Shown in pieces: positions 60,062-64,000 of a DNA stretch of 64,000 nt. The notes under the pieces are model-generated. The model saw nothing but the letters and a program-made list of their open reading frames with translations. It made no database searches and had not been told where the DNA came from. The stretch lies in contig CATLAM010000001.1 in NCBI GenBank assembly GCA_949878485.1, forward strand, positions 15,353 to 79,352. The letters are read 5' to 3'. Each line of letters begins with the position of its first letter. The stretch's first letter is position 1. Both the position numbers and the translations under genes were made by a program. Source of the DNA: an uncultured Eubacteriales bacterium. GTDB lineage: Bacteria > Bacillota > Clostridia > Christensenellales > UBA1242.

Positions 60062-61139
60062 AATTTAAATATTCTTTAATCAACATTTTTAATTTGTCAA
60101 TATTGTTTTTATTTTTGGTTGAAAACAAAATTTGATTCTTTTCAATTTCAATTGGCTTAGTCAATAAATCACATTTGTTTAAAATAACAATACGCTTATC
60201 TGTTGCACCAAGGTCATCCAAAATTTTGTTTGTGATTTCAATGTTTCGCTTAAAGAAATTGTCAGCCACATCCACCACATGTAAAATTAAATCTGCATTT
60301 TTCACTTCTTCCAATGTTGCCGAAAAACTTTCCACAAGTTCATGTGGAAGTTTACTTATAAATCCCACTGTGTCGGTCAAAATGCAAAACTCATTGTCAC
60401 CTAAAAACAATCGCCTGCTTGTTGTGTCAAGTGTGGCAAAAAGTTTGTCATCTGCATAAATGCTTTCTTTTGTCAAAAGGTTAAACAGCGAACTTTTTCC
60501 TGCATTGGTATATCCACCCAAAACCACGCTTTTAATTCCGTTTTTCTCACGCAAAATTTTGTTTTGTTTTCGGTTGTTTTTAATCTTTTCAATTTCTTTT
60601 TCAAGAGTGACAATTTCGCTTTCAATCTTTCTTCTGTCAAGTTCCAATTTGGTTTCCCCTGGTCCACGCATTCCTGCTCCCTTTCCACCAAAACGCCCCT
60701 GACTTCCCGCAAGTGAAGAAAGCCTTGTAAGAAGATATTTGTTTTGTGCAAGTTTAATTTCTGTCTTTCCTTCGCTTGACTTGGCATTCAAAGCAAAAAT
60801 GTCTATAATAAGCAAAATTCTGTCAAGCACCTTGACACCAAGTTCATCTGAAAGATTTTTCATTTGCGAGCCAGTAAGTTGAAAATCTACAACCAATAAA
60901 TCACATGGATTGTCACGCAAAAATTCTTTAATTTCTTCAACCTTACCGCTTCCCATAACGGTGCGTCTATTGAAAGCGTCCACGCTTTGGCTGAAAATTT
61001 TTACAACTTCCAAATCCGCAGAAAAACATAGTCTGCTTATTTCTGCAAACTGATATTCCTTATCTCTGTCATCTTTAATCGGACAAAAAACAATTGCTTT
61101 TTCAATTTCTTTTTTGTCAACTTCATATGTTTTACTCAT
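60060..61139 (-). CDS. hflX: GTPase HflX (short form)
   Basis: HflX N-domain 'RRTVMGSGKVEEIK', G domain 'GYTNAGKSSLFN', 'TDTVGFI' and 'NKCD'. Confidence 0.9.
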   Translation of the reverse strand: MSKTYEVDKKEIEKAIVFCPIKDDRDKEYQFAEISRLCFSADLEVVKIFSQSVDAFNRRTVMGSGKVEEIKEFLRDNPCDLLVVDFQLTGSQMKNLSDELGVKVLDRILLIIDIFALNAKSSEGKTEIKLAQNKYLLTRLSSLAGSQGRFGGKGAGMRGPGETKLELDRRKIESEIVTLEKEIEKIKNNRKQNKILREKNGIKSVVLGGYTNAGKSSLFNLLTKESIYADDKLFATLDTTSRRLFLGDNEFCILTDTVGFISKLPHELVESFSATLEEVKNADLILHVVDVADNFFKRNIEITNKILDDLGATDKRIVILNKCDLLTKPIEIEKNQILFSTKNKNNIDKLKMLIKEYLN

Positions 61140-61188
61140 AAAAATATTTTAACACAAAAATATAAATCTACAAAGCAAAAAGCAAAAT

Positions 61189-61857
61189 TTAGTTTGATTT
61201 AGCAAGGATATTTCCAGTTTCCGCTGAAATAATAATGGAATAATTTTCGCCATCAACATTGAAAACAGTGAAACACCAAAAGATTTCATCAAAATTGTTG
61301 GCATTCTTGTCAAGCACACGCAAATAAAATTCCGAATTCAAATTCATACCAGATTTCTTTAAAAGAATTTTCGTTTCAAACTCTTTGCTGGCAATTTCCA
61401 AAGCCTTATCGCTTGTTACGGCAAAATCATTTGACACAGCCACCATTTCAACAGTTTGGTCATTTAATGTCATTGAAATGTTTTCTTCGCCTGTAAGTTG
61501 TCTTTCAAAATCATACATATAAGTCCCATTAAGCGTATTTAACTCCATGTCTACAACTTGTTTTTCGTCATCAATTTCAATGTTTATTCTCACCAAAGAA
61601 GAATTAGGTGCTGACACAAATTTAATGCAAAGCAAGGCAAAGTCCACAACTTCTCCGCTTACACCGTTGGTTTCATAATCTTCTTCTCTCACACCCGAAC
61701 TTAATGTGCAATAAAAATCTTCCGTTTCCCCACAAAAATAGGTTTTAGTCCATTCAGACATATTTGCTTTAACCGCTTCCAAGGTTGAAGTCTTGCAACC
61801 AAAAAAAGAGAAGCAGACGGCAACAAGCAAACAAAGCAAAAACATTTTCTTTTTCAT
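61189..61857 (-). CDS. lipoprotein with PepSY-like repeats (tentative)
   Basis: Lipobox 'FSFFG|C'. The C-terminal 'IISAETGNILAKSN' resembles a PepSY terminal motif. GGAG SD before ATG 61857. Confidence 0.5.
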   Translation of the reverse strand: MKKKMFLLCLLVAVCFSFFGCKTSTLEAVKANMSEWTKTYFCGETEDFYCTLSSGVREEDYETNGVSGEVVDFALLCIKFVSAPNSSLVRINIEIDDEKQVVDMELNTLNGTYMYDFERQLTGEENISMTLNDQTVEMVAVSNDFAVTSDKALEIASKEFETKILLKKSGMNLNSEFYLRVLDKNANNFDEIFWCFTVFNVDGENYSIIISAETGNILAKSN

Positions 61858-61945
61858 AAAAACTCCATAAAACTTTTTATTAACCAAATATATGTTTGAA
61901 AATTTTTAAAAATGTGCTAAAATGGTTAAGTTAAAAGGAAAATTT

Positions 61946-62866
61946 ATGAAAACATTAAAATTCTATCTTAAAGATTGCAACAAAAATGGTTATTGTCTTG
62001 GTGCTTACAATTTCATTAACATGGAATATATTAAAGGAATTTGTGAAGGATGCAAAGCCAGCAATTCCCCTGCGTTTCTTTCAGTCAGTGAAGGAGCATT
62101 CGACTATATGGACGCAAATTTTGTTAAAGCAATGTTCGACACTGTGAAAAAAGAATATAAACTTCCATTATTTTTGCATCTTGACCATGGCAAAAGTTTT
62201 GAAATGTGCAAAAAAGCAATAAATTATGGATTTGACAGCGTTATGATTGACGGAAGTTCATTATCCTTTGAAGAAAACATCAAACTCACCAAAAAAGTGG
62301 TGGAATATGCACACAAACATGATGTCGTTGTTGAAGCCGAACTTGGCGTGCTCGCTGGCGTTGAAGACACAGTTAAGGCTGATAAGTCCATTTATACCGA
62401 CCCACAAAAAGCCAAAGAGTTTGTTGAAAAAACTGGCTGTGACACATTGGCTGTTGCCATCGGCACAAGTCACGGAGCATATAAATTTAAAGGCGAACAA
62501 AAAATTCGTTTTGACATCTTGAAAGAGATTGAAAAATTGATTCCAAACACACCCCTTGTGCTTCACGGTGCATCCAGCGTTCCGCAAGAATATGTGGAAA
62601 TCATCAATCAAAATGGTGGAGAACTTCAAGGAGCAGTTGGCATTCCAGAAAAGTTTTTAACCAAAGCAGCAACAAACCATCACATATTTAAAATCAACAC
62701 CGACACTGATTTGAGATTGGCTTATATGTCCACATTAAGAAAACACATGACAGAAAATCCAAAAAATTTTGACATAAGAAAAGCAAACAAATTGGCAATT
62801 GAAGAGATTGCAAAATTGGTAATTAAGAAAAACACAAAGGTGTTTAAATGCAACGACAGAATATAA
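61946..62866 (+). CDS. fba: class II fructose-bisphosphate aldolase
   Basis: 'LHLDHG', 'VMIDGS', 'EAELG', 'AIGTSHGAYKF' and 'LVLHGASSVP'. Confidence 0.9.
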   Translation: MKTLKFYLKDCNKNGYCLGAYNFINMEYIKGICEGCKASNSPAFLSVSEGAFDYMDANFVKAMFDTVKKEYKLPLFLHLDHGKSFEMCKKAINYGFDSVMIDGSSLSFEENIKLTKKVVEYAHKHDVVVEAELGVLAGVEDTVKADKSIYTDPQKAKEFVEKTGCDTLAVAIGTSHGAYKFKGEQKIRFDILKEIEKLIPNTPLVLHGASSVPQEYVEIINQNGGELQGAVGIPEKFLTKAATNHHIFKINTDTDLRLAYMSTLRKHMTENPKNFDIRKANKLAIEEIAKLVIKKNTKVFKCNDRI

Positions 62867-63600
62867 GAAGAAACAACGATGTTTCACATGACGGTCACCG
62901 CATAAGACTGACAGATTTAGTGGAAAAAGCAGGCATAGAAAATGTCAGCAACATTCAATCTGTCGAGTTTTTCTTGACCTACATATTTCCGCGTGGAGAT
63001 GTCAATCCCCTTGCACACCGACTGCTTGACAGATATGGCAACTTTGGCAACATCATTGATGCCAGTGTAAACGATTTAATTAAGGTAGACGGATTAAACA
63101 AACGAAGTGCAAAGAAAATTAAGTTGTTTGGAGAGTTGATGTATCTTTATTCATCATCCAAAATGACAAAAAGTTTAAGCATAAACAACACAGGCGAATT
63201 TTTGGACGCTATGGAAGAACTTTTGCGTTTTCACAACACTGAAAGTTTGTTTTTATTTGCTTTCGACCACGGCTATAATTTCATCCAAAAACGCAGATAT
63301 GATTTAAAACAAGTCCGTGAAGTCGGAATTGACCCTTTGGAATTTTATGAGTTTATCTATTCCACAAGACTTTCCTATTTGGCTGTGGCTCACAACCATC
63401 CAAGTGGCACAGCACTGCCATCGCCAGACGACCATAACGCTGTTCACAGAATCGACAGTTTAATGGTCAACCTTTCATGCGAATTTTTTGACAGTTTCAT
63501 TGTTGGCAGAGATGGAATTTACAGCCAACGCCAAGAAAGTTTTGTCAGAATTTTCGAATCTGTGGACAACATAATAAACTTCATTCAAACCAAACATTAA
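62848..63600 (+). CDS. radC: RadC-family JAB/MPN domain protein
   Basis: HhH-like 'LIKVDGLNKRSAKKI' and JAMM motif 'VAHNHPSGTALPSPDD'. It overlaps the fba 3' end by 19 nt. Confidence 0.85.
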   Translation: MQRQNIRRNNDVSHDGHRIRLTDLVEKAGIENVSNIQSVEFFLTYIFPRGDVNPLAHRLLDRYGNFGNIIDASVNDLIKVDGLNKRSAKKIKLFGELMYLYSSSKMTKSLSINNTGEFLDAMEELLRFHNTESLFLFAFDHGYNFIQKRRYDLKQVREVGIDPLEFYEFIYSTRLSYLAVAHNHPSGTALPSPDDHNAVHRIDSLMVNLSCEFFDSFIVGRDGIYSQRQESFVRIFESVDNIINFIQTKH

Positions 63601-63628
63601 AAAAACAGACTGAATTGTCTGTTTTTTA
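63600..63628. terminator. bidirectional intrinsic terminator
   Basis: AAAAACAGAC-TGAATT-GTCTGTTTTTT. Confidence 0.65.
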
Positions 63629-64000
63629 TTTCAACTTAAAAAATGTTGTTGGGCGTGTCAAGGCAACATCAATTTTAAAGCCGTCCCCTTCCACCAAATC
63701 ATGTTGTGCAAGGCGGTCGGTTATGTAATTAAATGCCAAGTCAGGCGAGTTTGTGTCTTTGCTTAAGTGTGCCAAAACAATTTGCTTTGTCCCCGTATGG
63801 ACAAGTTTTTCAATCAATTCTTCACTTGCATCATTGGACAAATGTCCATTCTTTCCTGCGATTCTTAAACGCGTTGCAAGTGGATATTTTTCACAGTTTT
63901 TAAGAAGTGTTTGGTCATAATTTGCTTCCACATAAACCAACTGACTTCCTTTAATGTTTTCAAAAATCTGGTCAGTAGTATGTCCCAAATCGGTTAAAAT
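63626..64000 (-). CDS. MBL-fold metallo-hydrolase (YycJ-like), C-terminal part only
   Basis: 'AGKNGHLSNDASEELIEKL...IVLAHLSKDTNSPDLA'. The frame stays open to the right window edge ('ILTDLGH...'), so the gene is truncated by the window. Confidence 0.7.
   Translation of the reverse strand: MLTDLGHTTDQIFENIKGSQLVYVEANYDQTLLKNCEKYPLATRLRIAGKNGHLSNDASEELIEKLVHTGTKQIVLAHLSKDTNSPDLAFNYITDRLAQHDLVEGDGFKIDVALTRPTTFFKLK

Noticed and set aside
1-64000. Possibility of an alternative genetic code (TGA=Trp), given the Mollicutes-like AT-richness.
   Set aside because: TGA functions as a stop in well-supported genes, for example the MTase at 2098, the AlbA_2 ORF at 7287, and the RSH and recJ stops. All core genes are full-length under the standard code.
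1-64000. CRISPR arrays, rRNA genes, integrase or transposase genes, and prophage structural genes.
   Set aside because: I saw no regularly spaced direct repeats, no rRNA-like conserved blocks, and no ORF with recombinase or transposase motifs in the six-frame track.

Overview
The window is a visibly AT-rich bacterial chromosome segment. It reads cleanly with the standard genetic code (TGA is used as a stop). It looks like Bacillota/Firmicutes from a spore-former, because spoIVA and ylmC/ymxH are present.

The left ~10.3 kb is accessory DNA.
- It holds a type II-like R-M cluster: one endonuclease candidate plus an m5C and a beta-class N4/N6 methyltransferase.
- Next comes a tightly overlapping four-gene minus-strand operon: AlbA_2/Schlafen-domain protein, Dam-type methyltransferase, HerA-type ATPase, and a NurA-like zinc-ribbon protein. 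I regard this operon as the best candidate for an undescribed defence system.
- A few small orphan ORFs follow.
- The block ends at a 45-nt 3' half of a tRNA-Arg(CCU) with no 5' half, which looks like an att remnant. A decayed second copy lies ~130 nt further right.

The rest is mostly core genome. It includes a GT-C/GT2 glycosylation pair with an XRE regulator, spoIVA, plsY, der, feoAB, nrdR, a radical-SAM HemN/HemZ-like gene, a long RSH, recJ, aspS-gatCAB, ppa, tRNA-Leu(CAA), rpoB-rpoC, hflX, fba, radC and a partial MBL hydrolase.

Two further items stand out.
1. A 17-codon ORF rich in Asn and Gln codons, followed by an intrinsic terminator, lies in the aspS-gatCAB leader where a T-box would be expected.
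2. A two-gene module next to rpoB pairs a membrane-anchored VirB4-like ATPase with a 3477-aa lipoprotein that has three GLUG-type repeat modules. No other type IV secretion genes are in view.

I saw no rRNA, CRISPR array, integrase or transposase. Coordinates of small non-coding features were read by eye and may be off by 1-2 nt.
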